64,000 bases of DNA from Squalus acanthias (Eukaryota), in assembly GCA_030390025.1 (NCBI GenBank), contig CM059432.1, positions 44,704,001-44,768,000 of the forward strand, written 5' to 3'. The notes below the pieces were generated by a model. That model made no database searches, was not told the DNA's origin, and saw nothing but the letters and a program-made list of their open reading frames with translations. Shown piece after piece: positions 10,809 to 23,150 of this stretch (its first letter is position 1; each line of letters starts with the position of its first letter). Made by a program: the position numbers and the translations under genes.

Positions 10809-13800
10809 GAGATTGAACCCACCTCCTGTTGCAGCCTTTTCCTTTACAAGCCCAAACATGCATTTTTAAAACACCAAATCTTGGTTTTTGACCTTGATTC
10901 TCCCTCTGTTAGGCCCAAAACATTTTATCACCCTGAAGTGGTTAGAAAAGAGTCCAAAGTGCTTTTCTTTAGGGTTTTTCTCTGAGTTTTGGGGGATCTG
11001 TGAATTTTGAGAATCTTACAGCACCAGGGCCCTAAAAATACACTAAAAATACAAGGGATGGCGTATCTTAGTGTAAGTGCCAAGATCCACCTGCCCTGAA
11101 CCTCTGCCACTGGCCCTGCCAAAGTCAGGGGAGGTCCCTCCATTTGCCTGCCATTGGTTGGTGGCCACACATTAGGAGGGCATTTGGGGTGCCTGCCATT
11201 GCAGCAAGGTCAGAAAGTCCAGCAGAGGTGGCCTGACCTGGGGTTGGCAGGGTGGTGTCAGGCCCCTTCCAAACAAAGTATAGTTTCCTGTCCCAGCCTC
11301 TGCTGTAAGGGGGCCACTTTACAAATTAAAAATATGTGCTTGCAAATCATTGGGGAACCAGGCACAATACTGGATTCCCTAAACTGCCCCTGGGTCAGCC
11401 AGTATACGTGCTGTCAATGAAAGTCCACAGCATGGAAATTCCAACATTTGGAATCTCTGCACCAGCCCTGCTCCTCTCTTTACGCCATCCCGGGAACCTC
11501 GGGGCTAGGATGAGGCCCACTATATCTAAGTCCCAGCCTAGCTTCTGGACATTCTGGTGTCAGAAGAGCCATGATTGTTTGGGGCCCAGATATGCACCTT
11601 TACCTGCATAAAGTTTTCCTACCATCTTGTTGTGTATCCTGAAATTTGAAAATGCTAAGAGGTGAAAATTGAGTACATAGGTAAAGGAAAATATAATAAT
11701 AATGAAAGAATCATGTAATAATATTCACAGAAAACTGGAAAGAATTGCAGCACTTGCTCCCTAAAACACTGGTAAAAATCACAGAACACCATGCAATAAA
11801 AACATATATTGATTTATTTAATCGTCGTAAATCAGTGATCCCGATAATATACATTGTGCATTACATGGCCTAATACTTCTGTTGTTATAAACTTAACTTC
11901 TGGGGTGGGGTTCCCCTCCACAATCCCACCCAAAATCAGGCAAAATCGTGGCTGAGAATGATGGAACATTCAGGTGGTGAATGCTACTGCCGCCTTATTG
12001 AGAACCTGGAAAATTCCTCCCATTTCCATGCTAGGACAGCTCCTTCCCTACACACAATCCTGATTAGCTCAAATTTTCCATTTTCACACTTCACTGTCTC
12101 AGAGCACATCTCTCATAAACTTCTTTCCAAATTCTATCATTTCCCCACTTCTACACTCCAAGAACTCTCCTTTGTAGCAGTGGAGACTTCAGCTCACCAT
12201 AGGCAACACACAGGAGATTGAGGAATATAGTATATAAAATAGAAAAGGCACCAAATGAGTTAAAGGCAATTACACAAATCCTCAGGTTCAAATGACAAAC
12301 TGCCTAAAAGGACAGTGTCATCCTGCTAATGTATCCTGCAAGATGCTCTATCAAGTGTTTACACAAAAATGAGCATCATGACAAGTTTGCCAATGCACCA
12401 ACATCATCATGTCACCTAGAAAAACTACCAAAGTATTAAAACTACATTGAAAACGTTCATTCTACAGCTTGAACTCGCCATAATGGCCACCGTAGTGGCT
12501 TTGCAGTAGAGTTTTCAAAACAATCTGTTCCAGGAATTGAACTGTCAAAAGAAAAATCTCCTTAATATGATGAAAGCATCCTTTTAAACTATAGTTTGGT
12601 AGATTAGGACATCCACTCCTGTAACCATCCATTGCTGTGTCTGTATCAGGTTTCAATTTAATTGCCAGTTTTTACCTTTCTTACCAGTATATGTACAAAT
12701 GCTTTATGTTTATTCACTCAAGTTGCAGATTGCATCATTGGCAACAAAGAGAACAGATGTTTGTTATTTAACAGATTATCACATCTCATCTCTTGGGTGA
12801 AAGAGCACAATCATTGCTGATTAAACCCAATGCCTGAATGCCACTGTGCCGCTTAAAGACTGAAAGCCAAAGCAATGTTTTCATGCCATGAAATCATTAA
12901 CACCATAGAATAATTCACAAACTGTGTGATAAATGAAATTCAAAACCTGGTCTTGTTGTTATAAAAATAAATAACCTTTGCTAACATAGCTGAAATGGAA
13001 AATCATTAGAAACATGTTAGTCTTTTATAGAAAGCCATCCATTTATTTATAGGGAGACCAGTCCAGTAATTACATATAAAAGATGATTATTGATCAAGAC
13101 ATTTGTGAAATAATTAAATGACTGATTAAGAATTGAACCAAGAGATCAAGAAAATTAAAGAACAAAAGGTTTCGCTTTGGTCTGATCTTTCACCATTAGC
13201 TGCGGTACTGAGCTGAGCTTCATCTATCTTTCAAGCAGCAAAGGCTATACATGAGTCACGTGCTCACTCAACTACTTTCCAATGGATTCCAAGCCCTTCA
13301 GTTGCTCCAGGGGCAATCTTTAACCTACAGTAGATTTACTAAATAATCTTTGTGTGGAAAAATATTTATATATATTGTGCTATTATAACTAATCTGTTTT
13401 AATGAGGTCACTGCACTGATACTTTTTGATGAAGAATATCTTATAATGATTTATAGAGTGCAGATTAATCAAATTAATTATTCAGAACTGATTAATTAAT
13501 TGAAGGTGTTTAAGAATTTCACGCATGGGTCATGGAAGGCAAGTACGGGAAGAGATAGTAATCTGATGAGGCTATTACTCTGCTTCGACCAAATATTAAT
13601 ATTTATGTGTGCAATTTAGTTAAAGTAACCCCTGGAGGATTTGGGTCATGCTCATGATATGAATTAAGTAAGTTTGTGAAAGTTGTGATATAAAACAGAA
13701 ATAATGACCTGCCACTCAAGCATAGTGTCTTACAAACATATTTCAGCTGCAGGAGCAATTATTTTGAGAAACTCAAAAATTTAAAGGGAACATAACAGCA

Positions 13801-14288
13801 TTAACAACATTAGCAGCATGAAGCCCTCCTCTGTTGTGGAAAGGTTTCTCGGGGGGTGGATGGGGGAGGTGGGAGGGCGGGGCTCAGCAGCCATGGATTC
13901 AGAGGATAGGCTTGTTTTCCCAAGAGCCATCCACCCAGTGCTTCTCCTCTTTCAGTGAATGTGGGCACCATGAACACCTGCTTTCTGGATCTTAGCCACT
14001 GATGTATGCGATGATGCTTCTAATGGTCAGACACCAACTGAACAATTAATTGAGTGCAAACCCTTACTCTTCATGAAGTTCCAAGGGGTTGATATGAAGA
14101 GGCCTTATTGCTAGGTGAGTTCCATTTGTACTTTGCACTTGAGAGAATTCTACCATTTAGTGAAAGCTGTGCATTCTGTCTAGGTAATACCTCTTTTCCA
14201 CAGGTAAAGTGATGAAGGTGTTTGCCCTTACCAACATAGTCACTTCCCTGATAAATAATGCACTGTAGACTACTTAATATGGAAAGAA

Positions 14289-14948
14289 GGGGGGAAAAAT
14301 TGAGTCGTGCCCCCTTTGGGGTGCTAACTTCGCCGGGGTGCTACTTTTAGCGCCTCAAAAAAATTTGCGCCCCTGCGGCCAAAATTCATCGGTAGCGCCC
14401 CAAGAGAGAAGTGAGGTGCTACTGGAAGCACCCCACCTCCCTCTTGGGGTGCTGCAAGTGAATATCGTGGCGCCACGCGCTGCGGCACATTGTGCTGCGG
14501 CACGTTGCGCTACGGTACTGCAGGCCTTCCTCCCCTTCTTAAAGGGGCCCACCGGGGGGGGGCTTCAGAGGAGGCCGGGGATGGCAGAGAGGGCAGGTGC
14601 TGGTGGCGGCCAGTCACAAAAATGGCCGCCCGGCACCTTCCCTTTAATTAGCACCACCCTGGTCGCAGGTAGGCTCCCCCGACCCCGTCGGACATAGCGT
14701 CCGGCGGTAAGTCAGGGGGCGCTACCGAAGATCGTGGCTGGGGCGCGAGCGGGGCGCTGCGCATGGCGATGACGTCATCACCGGCGGCGCAGCACCACAG
14801 AGCGCTAATGGTTACCTCTGCTGCTAACCTCCCGCTGAATTTCGCGGGAGGCGTTGGCGGCGCCGCGCCCAGACAGTAGTTACTTTGCGCCCCATTAGCG
14901 CCTCTTAGGGCGCTAACGGGAGGCGCAAAGCAACCGAATTTTTAGGCC
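14289..14948. mobile_element. Non-autonomous Harbinger derivative related to Harbinger 1
   Basis: 14697-14948 aligns by eye with 2185-2435 (TTTGCGCCCCATTAGCGCC..GCGCTAACGGGAGGC..GAATTTTT). The left end reads GGGGGGAAAAATTG. Confidence 0.8.
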
Positions 14949-15684
14949 AAGGTGTCCGCTGGCTTGGCTTAGAAGGATACAGTGCAAGGAAGCTTCATAC
15001 TTTGGTAATCTTCACCTCTATCAAAAGAGTTATCGCTGATCCAAATCTTATGTGTCGACCATTAGGCAGCCAATGGCACAACTCTGTGGAAACCTGTCTT
15101 ATAAAGCGAAGTTGGTGAAGACAGGAGACCCCTGACACATGCAGGTGTAGGTTCCAGCGTAATGATGTGTGTGACTGGAATGCCTCGACCAATTAGGCCC
15201 CTCATCAACTTATATTTTAATTATGCAGCATTTTAGAAACACTGGGTATACACATCCTCCCCTCTTAGTATCATGCCAAATCAAACAGAAACAAAAATTA
15301 ATGAGGAAACATATTGGAGGACAAAACTGCAAAATAAAGGCCATCCCAGCCAAACTAAATAATGCATGTGTCAAATTGTAGCTAAGGGAATATTTTAAAA
15401 AATCCCAAAATAGTTAGGTTTGTCTATAAATAGGCCCACTAAGCAGGCCTCACCAGTTCCACTGCTTCTGCACTAATGTTTGATGGCGAGGATTCTGCTA
15501 CCTGACATTGGAAAATCTATTGAGAATATATGTTATGATATGATATGGCTGGTATGATATTATTTTACAGCATAAATTATACAGCCACATGAATAGCGTA
15601 ACATGTGCTTTCATTGTACAGATGATATCTGACACTTGAATTATTAAGGCCCTGAATTTCCTCGGATTTTCTGCCGCTGCAACT

Positions 15685-16835
15685 TTTATTTTATTTGTTC
15701 CTGTGGGCGCCACTGGCAAGGCCGGCATTTATTGCCCATCCCTAACTGCCCTTGAGAAGGTGGTGGTGAGCCGCCATCTTGAACCGCTGCAGTCCCTGTG
15801 GTGAAGGTACGCCCATAGTGCTGTTAGGGAGGGAGTTCCAGGATATTGATCCAGCGACGATGAAGGAATGGCCAATCAAGCAGGCTGCTTTGTCCTGGAT
15901 GGTGTCGAGCTTCTTGAGTGTTGTTGGAGCTGCACTCATCCAGACAAGTGGAGAGTATTCCATCACACTCCTTACTTGTGCCTTGTAGATGGCTTTGGGG
16001 AGTCAGAAGTGAGACACTCGTCACAGAATACCCAGCCTCTGACCTACTCATGTAGCCAAAGTGTTTATGTGGCTGGTCCAGTTAAATTTCTGGTCAATGG
16101 TGACCCCCAGGATGTTGATGGTGGGGGAATTCAGTGATGGTAATGCCGTTGAATGTCAAGGGGTGGTGGTTAGACTCTCACTTGTTGGAGATAGTCATTG
16201 CCTGGTACTTCTGTGGCGCGAATGTTACTTGCCACTAATCAGCCCAAGTTTGAATGTCATCCAGGTCTTGCTAAATGCGGGCATGGACTGCTTCATTATC
16301 TGAGGAGTTGCAAATGGAACTGAACACTGTGCAATCACCAGCGAACATCCCCACTTCTGACCTTATGATGGAGGAAAGATCATTGATGAAGCAGCTGAAA
16401 TGGTTGGGCCTAGGACACTGCCCTGAGGAACTCCTGCTGTGATGTCCTGGGGCTGAGTAGATTGGCCTCCAACAACCACAACCATCTTCCTTTGTGCTAG
16501 GTATCACTCCAGCCAGTGTAGCTCTTTTGTCCATGTTTGGACCAAGGCTGTAATGAGGTCTGGAGCCGAGTGGTCCTGATGGAATCCAATCTGAGCATCG
16601 GTGAGTAGGTTATTGGTGAGAAAGTACCACTTGATAGCACTGTCGACAACACCTTCCATCACTTTGCTGAGAGTAGACTGATGGGGCGGTAATTTGCCGG
16701 ATTGGATTTGTCCTGCTTTTTGTGGACAGGATGTACTTGGGCAGTTTTCCACATTGTCGGGTAGATGCCAGTGTTGTAGCTGTATTGGAACAGCTTGGCT
16801 AGAGGTGCGGCTAGTTCTGGAGCACAAGTCTGTAT
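15685..16835 (-). mobile_element. LINE family X copy with internal deletions
   Basis: Peptides KTAQVHPVHKKQDKSNPANYRPISLL and MEYSPLVWMSAAPTTLKKLDTIQDK, and the same 3' end as 5888-6927. Confidence 0.9.
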
Positions 16836-17500
16836 GCACAACTGTGTAACTTTATCAGGAGTGTGGCAGAAATCCCATTTACTCAAGTAAACAGGGTTCC
16901 CACCACACTTCGATGAAGATACGCAGCAGCAGAAAGTCTGAAAAATTCAATCAAACAGCTTAACTTAACTTTCACCTGGCAATAGAATCTTTACATCATA
17001 TTTTCTGTTCAGCAAGCTGCACTCGCTAGAAGGCCAAATGTTGTTTCTGCAACTTTATATTTTGAATTGTAATATTATGCGACATAAAATTGCACAGTGA
17101 GATGTGAGAGCAGCAGAGGAATATTTCATCACAGACACCAGTATACAAGGAGCCAGCTACAGTACAACCGGTTGAACCTTAAATACAGAAAGGACTATGG
17201 AAAGTTCATTACATACTGATATGGTTAGGTAAAGGTAGAAGCATGTACTTTACAGAGCTGATTTCCTTAACCTGTTTGAAATGGCCCAGAGATCGCAGTG
17301 TGCCACTGTACACCTAAATTGGTAGACTGGGGAGTGCAGATTTGGCAAGGTCATGTCATTCAAATAATTGTAATATGCTACCTGCCTAACCTCTGTATGT
17401 GCAAAGATTGCTATGACAACTGGTGGGTGGAGAGCTGCTGCTTTTAAGGGACTTTTGTTCCTTTCTTTTGCTGCTGACTGTTGTGACTGCTGGAAAGAGG

Positions 17501-17712
17501 ATGGATAGACAACCAAGGACAAGTGCCAGAACTGCACCCTTTGATGAGGAGATGCCAGAATTGTTGCTGGAGAATGTGTAACAATGGAAGGTGTCCATTT
17601 TAGGATCGGGGGAGCCCTCCTATCCGAGCCATGAGCAGCAAATATGGAAGGAGGTAGTCAACAGTGCAAATGTAGCCACCTATATCCATAGGTTGTGGCA
17701 GCAGATAAGGAG
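17501..17712 (+). pseudogene. Orphan Harbinger-type Myb/SANT domain remnant
   Basis: Manual translation gives MDRQPRTSARTAPFDEEMPELLLENV*QWKVSILG...QQIWKEVVNSANVATYIHRLWQQIR. The F, W and W spacing matches 20890-21129. Confidence 0.6.
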
Positions 17713-17859
17713 TTCCAGTCTACCTACTCTATGAAATAGTGCTGGCATAGTGGACTGGCTGCTGCCAGGATATTGCTCATCCATCTGTATTATTCTGTTC
17801 CTGTGGTTCGACCCCACCTGTACGTCGATGGAATGAAAGCATTTCCTATTCATACACGA

Positions 17860-18172
17860 CAGTGAATGTCAACAGGTTATTCCTCTTTGGTGGATGTCAG
17901 AGCCTAGTTTCACCTTGTCCTCACCTGATGTAAACACACACGCATTTTCCAGCAGGATAGCAATCAGGAATGGTTGCCATGAACTCTGTTTTTCTATTCC
18001 TCTGCCCAGGATCTCTATTCCTCTGCCCAGGATCTCTAAGGTTAATGATAACACTCCAACCGTATCTCAGTTGAGATCAGCAAATTCAGAACAGGTGAGG
18101 ATTTGAAACTGGGACCCTCCTGGTCTCTTTGATTCAGTTTCACATTAGCCAGGCAACTTACGAACTGAGCCA
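17860..18172 (-). mobile_element. tRNA-derived SINE
   Basis: Minus-strand head TGGCTCAGTTCG...GGTCCCAGTTTCAAATCC. The body (GCTGATCTCA, TGCTGGAAA, GAGGACAAG) is shared with 19660-19990 and 38540-38815. Confidence 0.6.
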
Positions 18173-18539
18173 TTGAGTCATTGAGGAAGTTCAAATATAT
18201 TCACGTTTTTGGTACTCTAATGGCACTGTGTAAGAACAATAATGGTCTGTACTGTAACAAAGGTAATTGCAGAAAATACACTGCTGCTCTAATGGAGTCT
18301 ATTAAAGCTTGATGACAAGTTTATCCAATGAGCGTCTAAGACATACAGTGGTCTAAACTTAACATTGTTGCATCATTTTATGGGCCTGAAACAGGCTCAA
18401 CAGTAACTAATTTAGCAGTACAGAGGCCCACACCCGATCTGCACCGGAGTTCAGACCACTGCTAAATTGGTTGCAGGCTTTTTATAGGCGGCCCTGATGC
18501 CTTCTTGAAATGAGCACAGTCTTATAGTACTGAAATGTT

Positions 18540-19282
18540 GGGCCGAAAATTGATCCCGGGACGCGAGAGTACGCACTGCGTACTCTTGCGTATTCCCACT
18601 CCAATTGCCGGTTTTCTGCATGCCCTGCGCATGCGCTGAAAACCGGCAATTGCTCTTCTGAAAAGGGGGCGGGGCCTGGGTGCATCGCGTGCGCGCTACA
18701 GGCTGCGCGCACGCTGTGCACTTCATGCTTTGGACGCGCAGGTAAGTAGGGAAGATTTTGGAAATGTAAAAAGGAGGAGTAAGACCCGCTTTTAAGAAGG
18801 TAAGTAGTGAATTAAGTATTTTTTTGAATTTATTTTTACAGGTATATCTTTTTTATAGACTTTAAAGACAGGTAAGTTTATTTTTATAACTTTTTAAAAG
18901 ATTTTAAATTTTTTCAAAAATTTAATTTTTTATTTAAAATGGTTAATTTAATTAACTATACTTATTTTATTAATGTGATGGGTTTTTTTTTAATTTAATT
19001 GAGGTTTAGCTGTTATTTTGGGGGGGTGTAAGATTCATAGATTTCACAGCTATGCTGTGAGACTTATGAATGGAAGATGGTGTGCTGCCATTGGCTCTAA
19101 CTGAGTCACGTGATCCCACAGCTCGCACGAATTCACTACGCCGCTGGGATACGCAAGCACTGCCCAGCAGCTGTCCAGAACATCAAGTTCGTGCGAGCTG
19201 GATCTGAAAAAGCATAAGCGAGGTGAGAGATCGCGGGAAAGGCTTACCCCCGCGGGAACAGAGCGAGATCAATTTCTGGGCC
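18540..19282 (+). mobile_element. Harbinger-type MITE carrying promoter-like and splice-donor motifs
   Basis: Imperfect 19-bp TIR GGGCCGAAAATTGATCCCG / CGAGATCAATTTCTGGGCC. Flanks GTT/ATT. GC-rich arms around an AT-rich core. Confidence 0.7.
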
Positions 19283-19659
19283 ATTACTGCAACACGCAAG
19301 CTCCAACTGGCATTTCCTGGTCTTAAGCAGTCTAACCAATGGACATAAAAGGCCCGCTGGAGGCAACTCAAGAAAGGACCAAACTATTTTGTGCTCCTCC
19401 TGGCACCACAATACAACGGTAGGCCACAACTGGCCCATTTTCAGGCCCCCCGCCTCTCCCTATCGCCTCCCCCCAGACTTACCTCTGGGCCTCGTCATTG
19501 GGCGAAATTCAAGGCCCCAACAGGTGAGCTGCGTCGGGGTGCCTAACTTGTGCCTGGAGTTCTCTTGGTTTATTCTGGGGAGTCCCGAGGACGAATTAAT
19601 GATGCACCACCAGAACTGCGCCTGGTTTTGGGGATCTAAGGCATTTAGGCCTCACATAC

Positions 19660-19990
19660 CATGCCAGTCCCAGGTTCGATCTCTGTTCTGTGCTACGTTA
19701 ACTGATCTCAGCTGGGATGGTGATAGGGATAGCACAATTGGCTTCAGTTCTGTGTAAGAAGTGGATAATCAATTAGGGTTCATGCTCTTGGTCATTATTC
19801 AGCAACCCCTGCTGGAAGTGCGAGTGTGTGGATGTCAGTGAGGTCAGGATTAGACTTGGATGTGATGCCTCACAGTTGAATAGGGTGCTGGCTCTCCTCT
19901 GGGATCATACATGGATAATAGGCAAGGTATTGGAAGGTGCGTGCAGCACACACGGCTCCATATCCCAGCAAGGAGTATCTTAAAATAAAG
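19660..19990 (+). mobile_element. tRNA-derived SINE, 5'-degenerate
   Basis: B-box-like GGTTCGATCTC, a body shared with 17860-18172, and an A-rich end. Confidence 0.6.
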
Positions 19991-20889
19991 AAATTAAATA
20001 AAAATTGTGGTGCATGACGACTAATAATGGACCATTTGCTGCTTTCAATCTGAGATTGCTGTCATCAGAACATTGTCTGTTGTTTCAAATGACGCAGTTG
20101 CTCTGTAGCTAATTGGTTACATTGATATAAAAATTATGTCTTACAGATGCAATATTTATTTATCAGTATATAATGGCAAATAGATTAGATTTTAAATGCC
20201 TTTAGTGCTAGCATCACTGAATAAAACTGATAATAATTAAGAACTAGATCAGTAAGGAATCAAAACTAAAAGTAAGAGTGCATTTATGATTATATAGAGT
20301 GAATAGGGAATGTGTTAAGGTCTATTCTATTGTTAAAGCTACTGCTGATTTTTTTCAGTGTTCACTCTCATGGGTGTGAAGTACTGTTCCTTTTAACTCA
20401 GTTTTACTAAGGAATCAAATTTAAAATGAAATAAAATCAGAAGCTGAGCTTCAAAAAGAAAACACAAGGGATTAATTACTTTGGATATTATAATCAAAGG
20501 TGTGAAAATTGTTTTCATTTAAACTGCCCTCATACCATTTAATTTGTTCTGCAGTGAATCACATAGCAGAACAGAAACAATGTTGACCTTTACCCTTGCT
20601 GTGTGTATTGGAGATAGAGGGCTGGATTTTGTCATTGGGGGCGGGTAAGGTGGTCGGCAGGTCCCACCCCCGCCTCCGATGTGAGGCGGGGCAATTGAGC
20701 GATTTTGCCCTAATTGGGCACTTGATTTCCAGCGTATGGGAACCCCTGGCCCAATCAGTCTTTTGGTCCTGAAACTCGCCTCCGATGACGTCATCTATGT
20801 AGCTGCATTTAAGGCCTGCAAGCAGCCTTGGTTAATTTTCTGCCTAACTACTTTGTTGCTGAGACTTCTGAAGGATTATTGGTGCAACC

Positions 20890-22899
20890 ATGGCAAGCTC
20901 AAGGCCCAAGTGCGCACCCCGCTTTGATGAGGACTCCCTCCAAGCTCTGGTGGAGGGAGCAAGAGCGCATAAGGAAGTGCTGTTTCCTTCTTCTGGGAGG
21001 AAGAAAACTCCCCAACAGACCAAAGCTGTGTGGCTGCAAGTGGCACAGGAGGTGAATGCCATCTCAATGTGCAGCAGAACCTGGCTGCAGTGCTGAAAGA
21101 GGTTTCATGACATTCTCCGCACAGGAAAAGTGAGTATTACATCACTATGCCCCTCAATCTGCTCCCCATCGCCTCTCATCCCCACCACTCTTCATTGTCA
21201 CCCTCCTCCTCCACATCCCGCTTGACCCTTACATCTCTGCACCCTTAACCATTCCCTCTCTCTGTATGTTCACATTCACTTAATTATTCGACTATGCAGC
21301 CCTCACACTCCCTATCACTGTGATGCTATGACAACAACTTACAACACCCAGGGAGGGCACTTGGTCCTGTCACCTCACTCCATCTTTGTGTCCTTCTGAG
21401 CATCTATGCTATGCATTCACTACACTCACTCCTTCATTCTCACTCAAACTCCACTTGTGTCCCTTATTGCAGGAAAAGAGGGCCCACAATAAGAGGGAAA
21501 GGGCGAGGACAGGAGGAGGACCACCCTCAATAGCCCAGCTCAACAGTGCAGAGGAGGCGGCCCTGGAGACTGTGGGAGTCGAGGATGATGCGCAAGTGGG
21601 CGACGGACAGACAGGCGCATCAGAGCAAGCTGATGACAGAATAGTTTTTCATCTCTCTCTCATTGACATTGCATGAGTGACTGATCTTGGTCCTAATGCT
21701 CTAACAGATTGACTTATGATCATCTGTACAATTCAATGTGCATGCAATGTTTATCTCACATGTCTAACTCTTTCCTTTACTCCTCCACAGGACCATTGAC
21801 AGCCCCCCTTCCCACTGTCCAGGAGGAACAGCCTGAACCACCAGACTCCTCAGAGGAAGCTGCAACATCTGAGGGTGCAGCGTCAGCAGAATTAAGCGCA
21901 CCCAGCACCAGCGCAGACACTCACACCTCGGTGGGACCTTCGCGAGATAGAGTAGTGTTGTCACCTGGTGTTTCACAGCTCACAAGTGAGCATCAGCATA
22001 TGGTGGAGACAGGGACAGCAGTGGAGAGTCCTCATCGGAGGGCGCAAGACTTTGCCAGCTCGGCTCAGCTGCATGTCGACCCTGTGCCTCTGGGTCCATC
22101 CAGATGGAGAGCGGTGCTGGAACTCCAGGAACAGGTGCAGGAGTCTCTGGCAGGTTTTGTCTCCAGGGTCGCTGCGAGTGTGGAGCGGATGGAGGAGTCC
22201 ATCGTTAACATGAGCAGAGCCTTTGTGGAGGCATTGGTGCATGAACGTATCACCACGGAAAGGGTAGCAACCTCCGTGGAAAGGATGGCTACCTCCGTGG
22301 TAAGGCTGGCTACGGTAGAGGAGAGGATGGCTACAGTAGAGGAGAGGATGGCTACGGCCATGGAAGAGCTAAGTCGCCAGGGCCTTGAGAACATGGTCAT
22401 TGTTCAGAATAGACTGATATCTCTGGAGGAGTGATGGTCAGCTATTGAGCAGAGAAACCAGACCTTCATGAAAGTCATCTCGGGTAGGACTGCCAGTGCA
22501 GAAACGGGTCCTCATGGCCCCACTGAAGTGCAGCAAGGTGCTGTCAAGCCACTTGCTAGCTCTGAAGTGGGGCTGACCCATGAGAGGGATGTTGGTGGCA
22601 GACAACATGGAAGTGGGCGCTCCTCTCCAAGCGCTCACACGACCATGCCACTGCAGAGCCCTCGGTCAGAGCCCCACCAGAGTCCTCACCCAACTGAGAT
22701 GGGCATCTCAGCCCCTGCACAGCCACAGGAGCAGCAGACTGTTGGCGAGCCCTCACAGGCTCGCAACCCCAGAGGACGCTTGCCAAAGGTGTCGAGGCAG
22801 GAGCAGCATAAAAGTGAGCAAGGGGCCTCCACATCTGCTGAAGCTGCAGGGGAAGCACCGTGTAGGAGCATGCCTAAGAGGAAGATAAAGCACAAGTAG
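20890..22899 (+). pseudogene. Spliced Myb/SANT-like (trihelix) DNA-binding protein of Harbinger 2
   Basis: Exon 1 is 20890-21129 (APRFDEDSLQALV...W..VAQEVNA...RTWLQC*KRFHD) with donor GTGAGT at 21130. Exon 2 starts at 21473 after TTGCAG (EKRAHNKRERARTGGG). Exon 3 starts at 21791 after CCACAG. In-frame TGAs lie at 21094 and 22432. The exon 2 donor was not identified. Confidence 0.8.
22258..22362 (+). repeat. Coding tandem repeat, 5 x 21 bp (heptad ERMATSV/ERMATVE)
   Basis: GAAAGGGTAGCAACCTCCGTG, GAAAGGATGGCTACCTCCGTG and three further in-frame variants. Confidence 0.85.
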
Positions 22900-23150
22900 T
22901 CACAAGGGTAGTTACTTGGGTGTTCTGTTGTGTTTAATTCTGAAATGCCATCCGTGAAGTTATGTGATAAAATGATTTGATGGCAAACTGTTGACGCTGT
23001 GGGCTGTGTCATTTTGCAAATGGGACTTCCACATTGAGGGCTCAGGGCGACTTGGAATTGTCAGTATGGTGGTCAGAGTGATAGGAAGCCGTAGGTTCTC
23101 GTCGATGGTGTGGTAAGAAGGTGCAAGGCAAATGTGTTTGATTGAGCAGC

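Noticed and set aside
17993..18037. 21-bp tandem duplication (similar ones at 32455-32494 and 34946-34987)
   Set aside because: Ordinary local slippage inside old repeats, with no sign of function.
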